Assembly (NCBI GenBank): GCA_021414235.1
Contig: JAIOOV010000004.1
Location: forward strand, 36,250-100,249
From: Candidatus Parcubacteria bacterium
Lineage (GTDB): Bacteria; Patescibacteriota; Minisyncoccia; Phycocordibacterales; JAKFXT01
Direction of reading: 5' to 3'
Length of the DNA stretch: 64,000 nucleotides
The notes beneath the pieces were generated by a model, which was not told the DNA's origin, ran no database searches, and saw only the letters and a program-made list of their open reading frames with translations. How positions within the stretch are numbered: the first letter of the stretch is position 1; the number at the start of each line of letters is the position of its first letter. The translations under genes and the position numbers were made by a program. Below, in pieces: positions 56,356 through 64,000 of this stretch.

Positions 56356-57018
56356 ATGAAGCTCTACAGCCTCGTTCCGCGCGTCCTGCAGTTCATCGCT
56401 TGGTGGCCGACGTATTTCGGATTCAGGTTCTTCTATGGCTTCAAAGTCAAAGGAAGGAAGAATCTGAAAGGCCTCACGCAAGCGATCTTCGCTTGCAATC
56501 ATTCGAGTGAGCTCGATCCGATAATGCTCACGGCAGCCGCGACGCCTTTTGGCAGCTTCGCTCCTATGTTCTACGTCTCACGGGGCAAGGACTTCTACCA
56601 GGATGATTACTTCGGCTGGAGGAAGCTCCTCTATGGTGGTTTCTTTTTCACCCTCTGGGGCGCCTTCAGGGCGTATTCGGGAATGAAGGATTATGAAAAG
56701 AGCCTCAGGAACCACATCGAAATCCTGGAAGACGGTCATAGTCTCTGTATCTTCCCGGAAGGACGCAAGACTAAGAACGGCAAGCTACAGGAAGGGCATG
56801 GGGGAGTTGCGTTTCTCTCGCATCGGACTGGGGTACCTATCGTGCCGGTGCGAATTCGTGGGACATACCGATTTTCCTTTACGCCGCTCTTCTCCAGGAG
56901 GCGGGGAGTGACGGTGACTTTTGGCGAGCCGATGGTCCCTGCTTTTGAACAGGATTTCTCCGTTGAAAAAGCCAAGCAAGAAGCGCAGGAGGTGATGTCT
57001 CGGATCGCCGCTTTATAA
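56356..57018 (+). CDS. Lysophospholipid acyltransferase (PlsC family)
   Basis: CNHSSELD, IFPEGRK, PIVPVRI. Confidence 0.92.
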   Translation: MKLYSLVPRVLQFIAWWPTYFGFRFFYGFKVKGRKNLKGLTQAIFACNHSSELDPIMLTAAATPFGSFAPMFYVSRGKDFYQDDYFGWRKLLYGGFFFTLWGAFRAYSGMKDYEKSLRNHIEILEDGHSLCIFPEGRKTKNGKLQEGHGGVAFLSHRTGVPIVPVRIRGTYRFSFTPLFSRRRGVTVTFGEPMVPAFEQDFSVEKAKQEAQEVMSRIAAL

Positions 57019-57066
57019 AGAGGGTAGTTCTTGTCACCGTAGCTCATATTTCCTATAGTGCAGTCT

Positions 57067-58314
57067 ATGTCCATCACTAATATCGCCAAGGCCCTCAAGG
57101 ACCGAGGTCTCGTAGAGCAGGAGGCTGGCGATATGAATACCTTTCTCGCTGAAAAGCGGAAGGTTTATCTTGGCATCGATCCGACAGCCGATTCCCTTCA
57201 TGTCGGCAATCTGGTGCCTGTCTTTCTGATGAAGCACCTCGCGGACGCGGGGCATGAGGCGGTGTTCTTGGTCGGAGGCGGCACTGGAATGATCGGCGAT
57301 CCGCGCGAGAGTGGCGAGCGCGTCATGCTTGATACGGAGATTGTGGATAGGAATACTGCCTCTATCCGCGCACAGCTCCTCAAGATTTTTGAAGGCAAGC
57401 AGTATCCTATTTTCAACAATGCGGAGTGGCTCACCAAGCTCGGAGCCATCGAATTCCTCCGCGATATCGGCAAGCACTTCACCGTCAATCAGCTGGTGAA
57501 GCGCGATACCATCAAGAATCGCCTGGACGCAGAAGACCCTCTTTCATTCACTGAGTTTTCCTACGCCCTTCTTCAGGGGTATGACTACCTTCATCTCTAT
57601 AAAACGGAAGGGGTGGATCTTCAGGTGGGAGGATCTGATCAGTGGACTAACATCCTCTCTGGGGTGGATCTGATCCGCCGCAAGGAGGGGGCGGCCGTGT
57701 ACGCTCTTACGGTACCAATCATTGTGGATAAGAAGAGCGGCAAGAAGTTTGGTAAATCGGAAGGGAATGCGGTCTGGCTTGATCCGGAGAAGACTTCTCC
57801 TTTTGAGTTCTATCAGTTCTGGGTCAATGCTTCAGACGAGGGTGTGGAGGACTATCTGAAGATCTTCACTTTCCTCCCGCTTGAGAAGATAGCCGAAGTT
57901 GTCGCAGAGCACGCTGCGGATCCTGCGAAGAGGGTAGCGCAGGAACTCCTTGCTTTGGAAGTCACTATGTTGGTACACGGTGGGGAGGCCGCACGCAACG
58001 CCGAACGAATTTCCAGTCTTATTTTTGGAGATAATTCCTCTCTTTTGTCTCTCTCTCAAGACGAGATTGATTCTTTGGTCCATAGCATGCCGAGCGCTAC
58101 TGTCGAGAGCGGTGCTAGCGTCGTCGATGTTCTGGTCTCTGCCGGACTTGCACCTTCCAAATCAGAAGCGCGGCGCCTTATCGAGGGGAGAGGGGTGTAT
58201 ATGAATGATAAACTCGTCGAAGCTGCTGATTCCGTGTCAGCCCAAGATGGGGGGGCTAAGGGGGTCGGACTTCTTCGTGTCGGAAAGAAAGTTGCCCTTG
58301 TTTTAATGAAATAA
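57067..58314 (+). CDS. tyrS: Tyrosine--tRNA ligase
   Basis: GIDPTADSLHVGN, QVGGSDQWTN, KFGKS, C-terminal S4 domain. Confidence 0.98.
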   Translation: MSITNIAKALKDRGLVEQEAGDMNTFLAEKRKVYLGIDPTADSLHVGNLVPVFLMKHLADAGHEAVFLVGGGTGMIGDPRESGERVMLDTEIVDRNTASIRAQLLKIFEGKQYPIFNNAEWLTKLGAIEFLRDIGKHFTVNQLVKRDTIKNRLDAEDPLSFTEFSYALLQGYDYLHLYKTEGVDLQVGGSDQWTNILSGVDLIRRKEGAAVYALTVPIIVDKKSGKKFGKSEGNAVWLDPEKTSPFEFYQFWVNASDEGVEDYLKIFTFLPLEKIAEVVAEHAADPAKRVAQELLALEVTMLVHGGEAARNAERISSLIFGDNSSLLSLSQDEIDSLVHSMPSATVESGASVVDVLVSAGLAPSKSEARRLIEGRGVYMNDKLVEAADSVSAQDGGAKGVGLLRVGKKVALVLMK

Positions 58315-58352
58315 GGTTTCTTTAGAATTGGCGTGATAAAATACGCTTCTTA

Positions 58353-59531
58353 ATGAAGACCTTACGCCGTTCGCTTCGGGCGATCCTCCATAGTTTCCGC
58401 GATCTGGCAGTGCTTCTTCTGCCGGAGCGCCGGTTTTCGGAATACGCGTACGCTTTCATTGTTCACCCTCGCGATATTCGCGATGTTTATCGACAGTACC
58501 CCTTCTTGCGCGCGGTCCCGTCTGCTTTGGTCAAGTTGGTTCTCCGCTCTTACTGGCCGGTCATCATCTCTCGGGTTTCAGGTCTTAGCTCTGTCGAGAG
58601 CGGAAAGGAGGTGCGAGGGTTCGTACTCGCGGTCCCTCTTACTGCGGAGCAGATGCTTGCTGACAGGGAGCTGGCGCGGAGAAAGATCATTCAAGCGGCG
58701 AAGCTTGCCAAGAAGAGTGGCGCCAAGATCATCGGTCTCGGGGGGCTTACCGCCTCGATGTCTCGTGGAGGTTTGGATGTTGTCGAGAACGTGAAGATAA
58801 ACGTCACCACCGGGCATGCGTATACGGCGCATAACGTCAGTCAGAACCTCTTTAATCTTATGGAGCGCTTTGGTTCGTCCAAGGACGAGGTGCTTGTCGC
58901 TATTGTGGGAGCTGCAGGGTCTATCGGTTCAAGCACGGCTCAGGTGGTGGCCAGGGAGGGGTTCATGCGAATTCTCCTTGTTGAGGTCGAGCGGAAGAAG
59001 GATGCTGTTCAAAAACTGATCCCTATCCTCGAGGCTCTGAATCCGGGTATCGATGTGCGGGTTTCTCATTCAATCGAAGATATTCGGGAGGCCGATTTTG
59101 TCGTCACCGCTACCAATACCCCGGAGGCTTTAGTGCGCTCGCATCATCTGAAGCCGGGAGCGGTTGTGATTGACGATGCACAGCCCTCTGATGTCGCCCC
59201 CGAGGTCCTTCTTCGCCCCGATGTTTTGGTCGTTGAGGCGGGCGTAGTGCACACTCCTGCTATAAGGACGCATTTCGATTTCAATCTGAAAGGAAAGAAT
59301 GATACCTTTTGCTGTATGGCAGAGCTCCTCATACTTGCTGCTCACGGCTGGGACGATCACTATACGATTGCTCGCACGGACCTGAAGCAGGTCGATACCA
59401 TCGCTTCTTGGGGAAGAACTCTCGATTTCAAGCCGGCCGCTCTCCAGAATTTCCTTGAGTCTATCTCTGACGAGAAGGTCGGGCATGTCAGGGACTCTGC
59501 TCGCGGCGTTCTCGTCGAAGTCTCACGATGA
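58353..59531 (+). CDS. Acyl-ACP-reductase-like NAD(P)-dependent oxidoreductase
   Basis: FIVHP, IIGLGGLT, VTTGH, Rossmann IVGAAGSIG, DDAQPSD, FCCMAELLIL (Cys at the AAR catalytic position). Confidence 0.75.
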   Translation: MKTLRRSLRAILHSFRDLAVLLLPERRFSEYAYAFIVHPRDIRDVYRQYPFLRAVPSALVKLVLRSYWPVIISRVSGLSSVESGKEVRGFVLAVPLTAEQMLADRELARRKIIQAAKLAKKSGAKIIGLGGLTASMSRGGLDVVENVKINVTTGHAYTAHNVSQNLFNLMERFGSSKDEVLVAIVGAAGSIGSSTAQVVAREGFMRILLVEVERKKDAVQKLIPILEALNPGIDVRVSHSIEDIREADFVVTATNTPEALVRSHHLKPGAVVIDDAQPSDVAPEVLLRPDVLVVEAGVVHTPAIRTHFDFNLKGKNDTFCCMAELLILAAHGWDDHYTIARTDLKQVDTIASWGRTLDFKPAALQNFLESISDEKVGHVRDSARGVLVEVSR

Positions 59532-61150
59532 TCTTTAATCTTGATGTAATCAACGCGCTTGTCGCCATTGCAGCCGTCGTTAATACTGGCTACGGTCTCA
59601 TCATCTATTCCCGCCACCGCGAGAGTCGGACGAACCTGATGTTCTTCCTGCTCACTCTTGCCGTGAGCGCGTGGGGCGTCGGCATGTTCCTTTATCGCGG
59701 TCTTGCAGATAGGGAGCAGGCCGTACTTGCGGCGAGGTTCCTCTATATCGGTGCATCCCTCATTCCGCTTGCCTTCATTCATTTCGCATACGTCTTTCCG
59801 AGGGAGTCTGGAGGACTCCGGAGATCGCTCAGTCTCTGGCTCTTGGTTCCACTCGTTCCTCTGCTCGTCGCCATCGCTCTTCCTGGTGGTCTCATAAAAG
59901 ACGTGCTGCCGGTCGTCTCTGACGAAAGGCACATAGTTTTCAATCAGCTCCTACACGCTCTTTATGGTCTCTATATCGTCACCTACTTCACCATCGGTTA
60001 TATGGTGCTCATTCGCAAATATCTTCTCGCGGAGCGCTCTCTCCGTTTCCAGATAGGATACATCCTCGCGGGTACCTTTACCGCGACGTGCATCGGGGTG
60101 GTCACGAACCTGGTACTGCCATTCATTGGCGTCTTCTCATTGAACTGGGTGGGACAGGTAGGTATCGTGGCCATGATCATGGCTATCTCCTACGCCATCC
60201 TCAAGCATCACCTCTTCGACGTTAAGGTGATCGCCACTGAGCTCCTCCTCTTTTCTTTGTGGATGTTTATCCTGGTACGCGTTCTTATCGCGAGCAATCT
60301 TAAAGATCGGATTATCGACAGCGTGCTCTTTGCGGCGACAGTCGTCGTGGGCGTCTTCCTGATCCGCAGCGTGCTGAAGGAAGTCGAATCGAGAGAGCAT
60401 ATCGAGAAGCTGGCGCTCGATCTGGAACAGGCCAACGAGAAGCTCAAGGAAGTGGATCGCCTAAAGTCAGAATTTCTCTCCATGGGTACGCATCAGCTGA
60501 GGAGTCCTTTAACTGCTATCAAGGGCTACGCTTCACTCATTATCGAAGGCTCTTTCGGTAAGCCGCCTAAGGCCATCGAGGAGGCAGTAGAGCGCATCTA
60601 TCAGTCGAGCCGCTCCATGGCCAACACCATTGAGGACTTCCTGACCATCTCTCGCATCGAGCAGAATCGTATGAAGTACGACTTCGCGGTGACCGACCTT
60701 GGCAAGGTCGTGAGAGACGTCATGGCCGAACTCCTGCCGAATGCGCTGAAGGCGGGCCTTCAGCTCACCTATGTGGACGACAAGAAGGGTCCGTATAGCG
60801 TGAATATTGATATCGGCAAGATTCGTCAGGTGATCATCAACTTCTTGGATAACGCGATGAAGTACACGCCCAAAGGCTCCATCACTCTGCGGATAGGGAA
60901 GAACGAGGCGACCAAGAAGATCCTGGTGTCTTTTGTAGATACCGGCGTGGGTATGAGCAAGGAGACTATCGATAAGCTCTTCCAGCGCTTCTCTCGTGCG
61001 GCGGATGCAAACAAGGTGAACGTGATGGGTACGGGCTTAGGTCTCTTCGTGGCTAAAGAAATGGTAACGGCGCACAAGGGCCGCGTGTGGGCGGAGTCGG
61101 AAGGCCCAGGTAAGGGCTCTCAGTTCTACTTGGAACTCGACGCAGCGTAG
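59528..61150 (+). CDS. Sensor histidine kinase with N-terminal 7TM-type membrane domain
   Basis: Multi-TM N-terminus; H-box THQLRSPLT, N-box NFLDNAMKYT, DTGVG, GTGLGL; ATGA overlap with upstream gene. Confidence 0.93.
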   Translation: MIFNLDVINALVAIAAVVNTGYGLIIYSRHRESRTNLMFFLLTLAVSAWGVGMFLYRGLADREQAVLAARFLYIGASLIPLAFIHFAYVFPRESGGLRRSLSLWLLVPLVPLLVAIALPGGLIKDVLPVVSDERHIVFNQLLHALYGLYIVTYFTIGYMVLIRKYLLAERSLRFQIGYILAGTFTATCIGVVTNLVLPFIGVFSLNWVGQVGIVAMIMAISYAILKHHLFDVKVIATELLLFSLWMFILVRVLIASNLKDRIIDSVLFAATVVVGVFLIRSVLKEVESREHIEKLALDLEQANEKLKEVDRLKSEFLSMGTHQLRSPLTAIKGYASLIIEGSFGKPPKAIEEAVERIYQSSRSMANTIEDFLTISRIEQNRMKYDFAVTDLGKVVRDVMAELLPNALKAGLQLTYVDDKKGPYSVNIDIGKIRQVIINFLDNAMKYTPKGSITLRIGKNEATKKILVSFVDTGVGMSKETIDKLFQRFSRAADANKVNVMGTGLGLFVAKEMVTAHKGRVWAESEGPGKGSQFYLELDAA

Positions 61151-61151
61151 T

Positions 61152-62297
61152 TTATTTAGAAGCCTCCACAACGGCTTTCGCCACAAGGTCGGCGAGACCT
61201 TCCTGGAAAGGAGAGGGGATTATCATATCCTCGTTGGGATTCTCCACTGCCGCAGCCAGAGCATGGGCTGCGGCTAATTTCATATCGTCTGTAATCGCAG
61301 TAAGGCGGGCCCCCACGGCGCCTTTGAATATACCGGGATACGCGAGGACGTTGTTGATCTGATTGGGGAAGTCAGAGCGTCCGGTGGCTACGACGCGGGC
61401 TCCTCCGGCCTTGGCCTCTTCTGGCATGATCTCCGGGGTGGGGTTGGCCATGGCGAAGACAATCGCATCTTTATTCATGGTAGCGACAAGTTCGGAAGTA
61501 AGAACTTTCCCCTTAGAAACACCGAGGAAGATGTCAGCTCCTTTGAGTGCGTCTGCAAGTGTCCCAGAGATATCGCGAGGATTGGTGTAGGCGAGCGCTT
61601 CAGCCTTCATGCCACTGAGGTCGGAGCGGTTCTTGCTTACGATGCCGGTGCTGTCACAGAGGATGATGTCTTTGATTCCGTAGCGGTGAAGCAGTTTCGC
61701 AGAGGCGATGCCGGCAGCTCCCGCACCAGAGAGGACCAGGCGCACGTCTTCCGCCTTCTTCCCAACTATGGCGAGCGCGTTGATGAGTCCTGCAAGGATG
61801 ACTACGGCGGTGCCGTGCTGGTCATCGTGCATCACTGGGATAGAGAGCTCTTTCTTGAGTCGCTCCTCTATCTCAAAGCAGCGCGGAGCGGAGATGTCTT
61901 CTAGGTTGATACCGCCGAAGGTGGGGGCGATGGCTTTGACCGCGGCGATGATCTCTTCAGTGTTCTTGGTACCAAGGACGATGGGGAAGCCGTCGAGCCC
62001 AGCGAAGCGCTTGAAGAGGACCGCTTTGCCTTCCATCACAGGGAGAGCCGCTTCGGGGCCGATGTCACCGAGTCCAAGCACTGCTGAGCCGTCGGAGACG
62101 ATGGCTACGCCATTCTTGGTGGAGGTGAGGTCGTAGGCGAGGGACTTATCCCTAGCGATCTCAAGGCAGGGACCAGCGACGCCGGGAGTGTAGGCGAGAG
62201 AAAGCTCTTCGCGGTTGGTGACCGGGAGCTTGCTCTCGACGGAGAGCTTGCCTCGGTTCTCCTTGTGTACGCGGATACTCTCGGTTTGGTAGTCCAT
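61152..62297 (-). CDS. NAD(P)-dependent malic enzyme
   Basis: LAYTPGVA, VMEGKA, INLEDI, HDDQHGTA, GAGAAG, TGRSDFPNQINN. Confidence 0.96.
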   Translation of the reverse strand: MDYQTESIRVHKENRGKLSVESKLPVTNREELSLAYTPGVAGPCLEIARDKSLAYDLTSTKNGVAIVSDGSAVLGLGDIGPEAALPVMEGKAVLFKRFAGLDGFPIVLGTKNTEEIIAAVKAIAPTFGGINLEDISAPRCFEIEERLKKELSIPVMHDDQHGTAVVILAGLINALAIVGKKAEDVRLVLSGAGAAGIASAKLLHRYGIKDIILCDSTGIVSKNRSDLSGMKAEALAYTNPRDISGTLADALKGADIFLGVSKGKVLTSELVATMNKDAIVFAMANPTPEIMPEEAKAGGARVVATGRSDFPNQINNVLAYPGIFKGAVGARLTAITDDMKLAAAHALAAAVENPNEDMIIPSPFQEGLADLVAKAVVEASK

Positions 62298-62365
62298 GAT
62301 GGGTAATAGTAGCACTTAGGAGAGGGGTGCAATGCTATACTTAGCCGACAATACGTTTTGAAATC

Positions 62366-63703
62366 ATGAGCACCTTCTCTCGACGCCTTTCCATAAAAAT
62401 CCTCGCTGCTCTTCTCGTCTTCTCTCTCGCATATGCTCCTGTGGCGCTGCTTCCGCAACTGGGGATTCAGGATGCTCTTGCTCAGGGGGAGGGGGGTCAA
62501 AATAACGGTAACGCTGGAGGTGCCACTATTGATATCAGTAACGATATGGTCGGTATTGATAGCCAGGGGCAACTTGATGGCCCGGCAACAATCTCAGTTT
62601 CAGTCAATGGAGGAGGTTTTGGAAACTTTGCTTCGTTCGTGATTGACGCGCTCACTCCTACTGTAGTGCAGATAGCGGTTATTGCTGCTACAGGTCAAAC
62701 TCTAGGAAGGGGAATTACAGGCTATGACAATCCTCTAAGTAACGCAGTCAGTTCTGCTGTCGGCAGTTTGGGCGGGAGCGGCGACAGGAGTTCCGGCACT
62801 GCGTCGGTCGGAACCTCTGCCGGGATTGTCGACCAGGCGGCAAATGATCTAGGGCTTTCGGCCTCAGGCAGCGATCGAACAGACTTTGGAAACGCGAGCC
62901 TAGGGGTCGGTACTAATCCGAGCGATGGCTCAGGTTCTCGGGGCCGAGAAGGCGATGCCCCCCTTTACTATGATTGGAACCAGAGGGCTGGTGATGCGCA
63001 GGATTTCTTAAGAAGTGTAAACAGATATTTCGACGTTTCATTCTCAGCCGACAAATCTAATGTTGTTCCCGGCGAGAGCCTCACCCTTTCTTGGAGATCA
63101 GAATCAGGCGGAGGCGCGCAATTCAGACCCGTTTGTTATGGAGCGGGACTTGATGGGGGATGGGCGGGACCAAAGGACCCGAACGGAACTTATGTCATCC
63201 CTTCCGTGCCTTCCGGTCAGCCTTACGTGTCTTTCCTGCTCACGTGTACGCGCCAAGTGATCATCTACCGCAGTGATACCGCAGGCGGCGATGATGTGTC
63301 TTACGAGCAAGGGGTGGCATCCGTGACTGTACCTGTAAGAAACTCCGCCCCCATCGCGTCTACTACTCCAGGCCGGCCACAGACGGTCCAGCCCCAACCT
63401 GTCCGCCCGCAGACCTCTGGAAGCTCGAGTGATTCTGCTCAAGGGCTCTCTATAAGCGCATCTCCGAGCTCAGTAGCTAGAGGAGGGCAAACGACCCTCT
63501 CCTGGTCCTCAGAAGGGAACAGCTCCTGCAGTCTCTCCGGCGGCTGGCCGGGGTCTATCACGGAAGGCGCAGCGCGCTCGGGCAGGGATGCTTCAGGTGT
63601 CTCCCGAATCTTCAATATTCTGGAAACCAGTACGTATAGGCTTTCCTGCGTGGGTGCAGACGGCGTAACCAGGGCAGTCTCGGCTACGGTGAACGTGCGG
63701 TAA
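62366..63703 (+). CDS. Secreted Gly/Ser-rich protein with two Ig-like modules
   Basis: Signal peptide; FSADKSNVVPGESLTLSW and ISASPSSVARGGQTTLSW...TYRLSC repeats. Confidence 0.8.
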   Translation: MSTFSRRLSIKILAALLVFSLAYAPVALLPQLGIQDALAQGEGGQNNGNAGGATIDISNDMVGIDSQGQLDGPATISVSVNGGGFGNFASFVIDALTPTVVQIAVIAATGQTLGRGITGYDNPLSNAVSSAVGSLGGSGDRSSGTASVGTSAGIVDQAANDLGLSASGSDRTDFGNASLGVGTNPSDGSGSRGREGDAPLYYDWNQRAGDAQDFLRSVNRYFDVSFSADKSNVVPGESLTLSWRSESGGGAQFRPVCYGAGLDGGWAGPKDPNGTYVIPSVPSGQPYVSFLLTCTRQVIIYRSDTAGGDDVSYEQGVASVTVPVRNSAPIASTTPGRPQTVQPQPVRPQTSGSSSDSAQGLSISASPSSVARGGQTTLSWSSEGNSSCSLSGGWPGSITEGAARSGRDASGVSRIFNILETSTYRLSCVGADGVTRAVSATVNVR

Positions 63704-63766
63704 TTAGCTCTCCCAATCTGTTATAATCGACGTATCAGCGCTTATTAATCAGTAATCCTTAATTGA

Positions 63767-64000
63767 ATGAATAGCATCTTCAGCGATATCGATCGCAATC
63801 GCGCAGCCAAGATCCTCCTGCTTATGGGTATCCTTGGTGCAATCTTCCTTGCTGGTCTCGCGTGGAATGAGTTCCGCGTAGCGGGCTTCGTAGGACATGA
63901 CGGCATGGTGCAGAGCACCATCACCGTAGATGGAACGGGTGAGGTGGTCACTAAGCCAGACATCGCCACTATCACCTTCTCGGTTGTAGAAGACGGTACG
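63767..64000 (+). CDS. SIMPL (DUF541) domain protein, 5' part
   Basis: Not in ORF track. Manual translation: TM then TITVDGTGEVVTKPDIATITFSV; runs off window edge. Confidence 0.85.
   Translation, partial: MNSIFSDIDRNRAAKILLLMGILGAIFLAGLAWNEFRVAGFVGHDGMVQSTITVDGTGEVVTKPDIATITFSVVEDGT

Noticed and set aside
1-64000. CRISPR array, rRNA, transposase, or stop-codon reassignment (genetic code 25)
   Set aside because: No repeat-spacer array, rRNA or transposase motifs seen; conserved genes are intact in the standard code and several end in TGA

Overview
Chromosomal window from a small-genome bacterium, most likely Patescibacteria/CPR (Parcubacteria-like). This is inferred from gene content: housekeeping genes in compact form, CPR-type hypothetical proteins, a resident T4SS-like cluster and type IV pilus genes. 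The window spans the replication origin (yidC-rnpA-rpmH <> dnaA-oriC-dnaN, with tandem DnaA boxes plus DnaA-trios at ~24.94-24.97 kb). It also holds an ~11 kb T4SS-like cluster (TrbJ/VirB5-like, TrbL/VirB6-like, PrgI, VirB4, pilin; no relaxase or VirD4 seen), pilB and pilM/N/O-like genes, DNA repair genes, 8 tRNAs and several one- or two-gene islets, often beside tRNAs. Main leads: an unidentified ~270 nt highly structured RNA between a Xer-like recombinase and rpsO; a 6S-like RNA at 31.1-31.3 kb; a pilin fused to an M15-like Zn peptidase; an acyl-ACP-reductase-like enzyme coupled to an orphan 7TM histidine kinase; apparently leaderless native genes contrasting with stand-alone islets that have canonical promoters and/or SD sites, two of which resemble alphaproteobacterial YbjN and PAS_5 proteins. 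All family assignments come from motif recognition by eye; no database searches were run.
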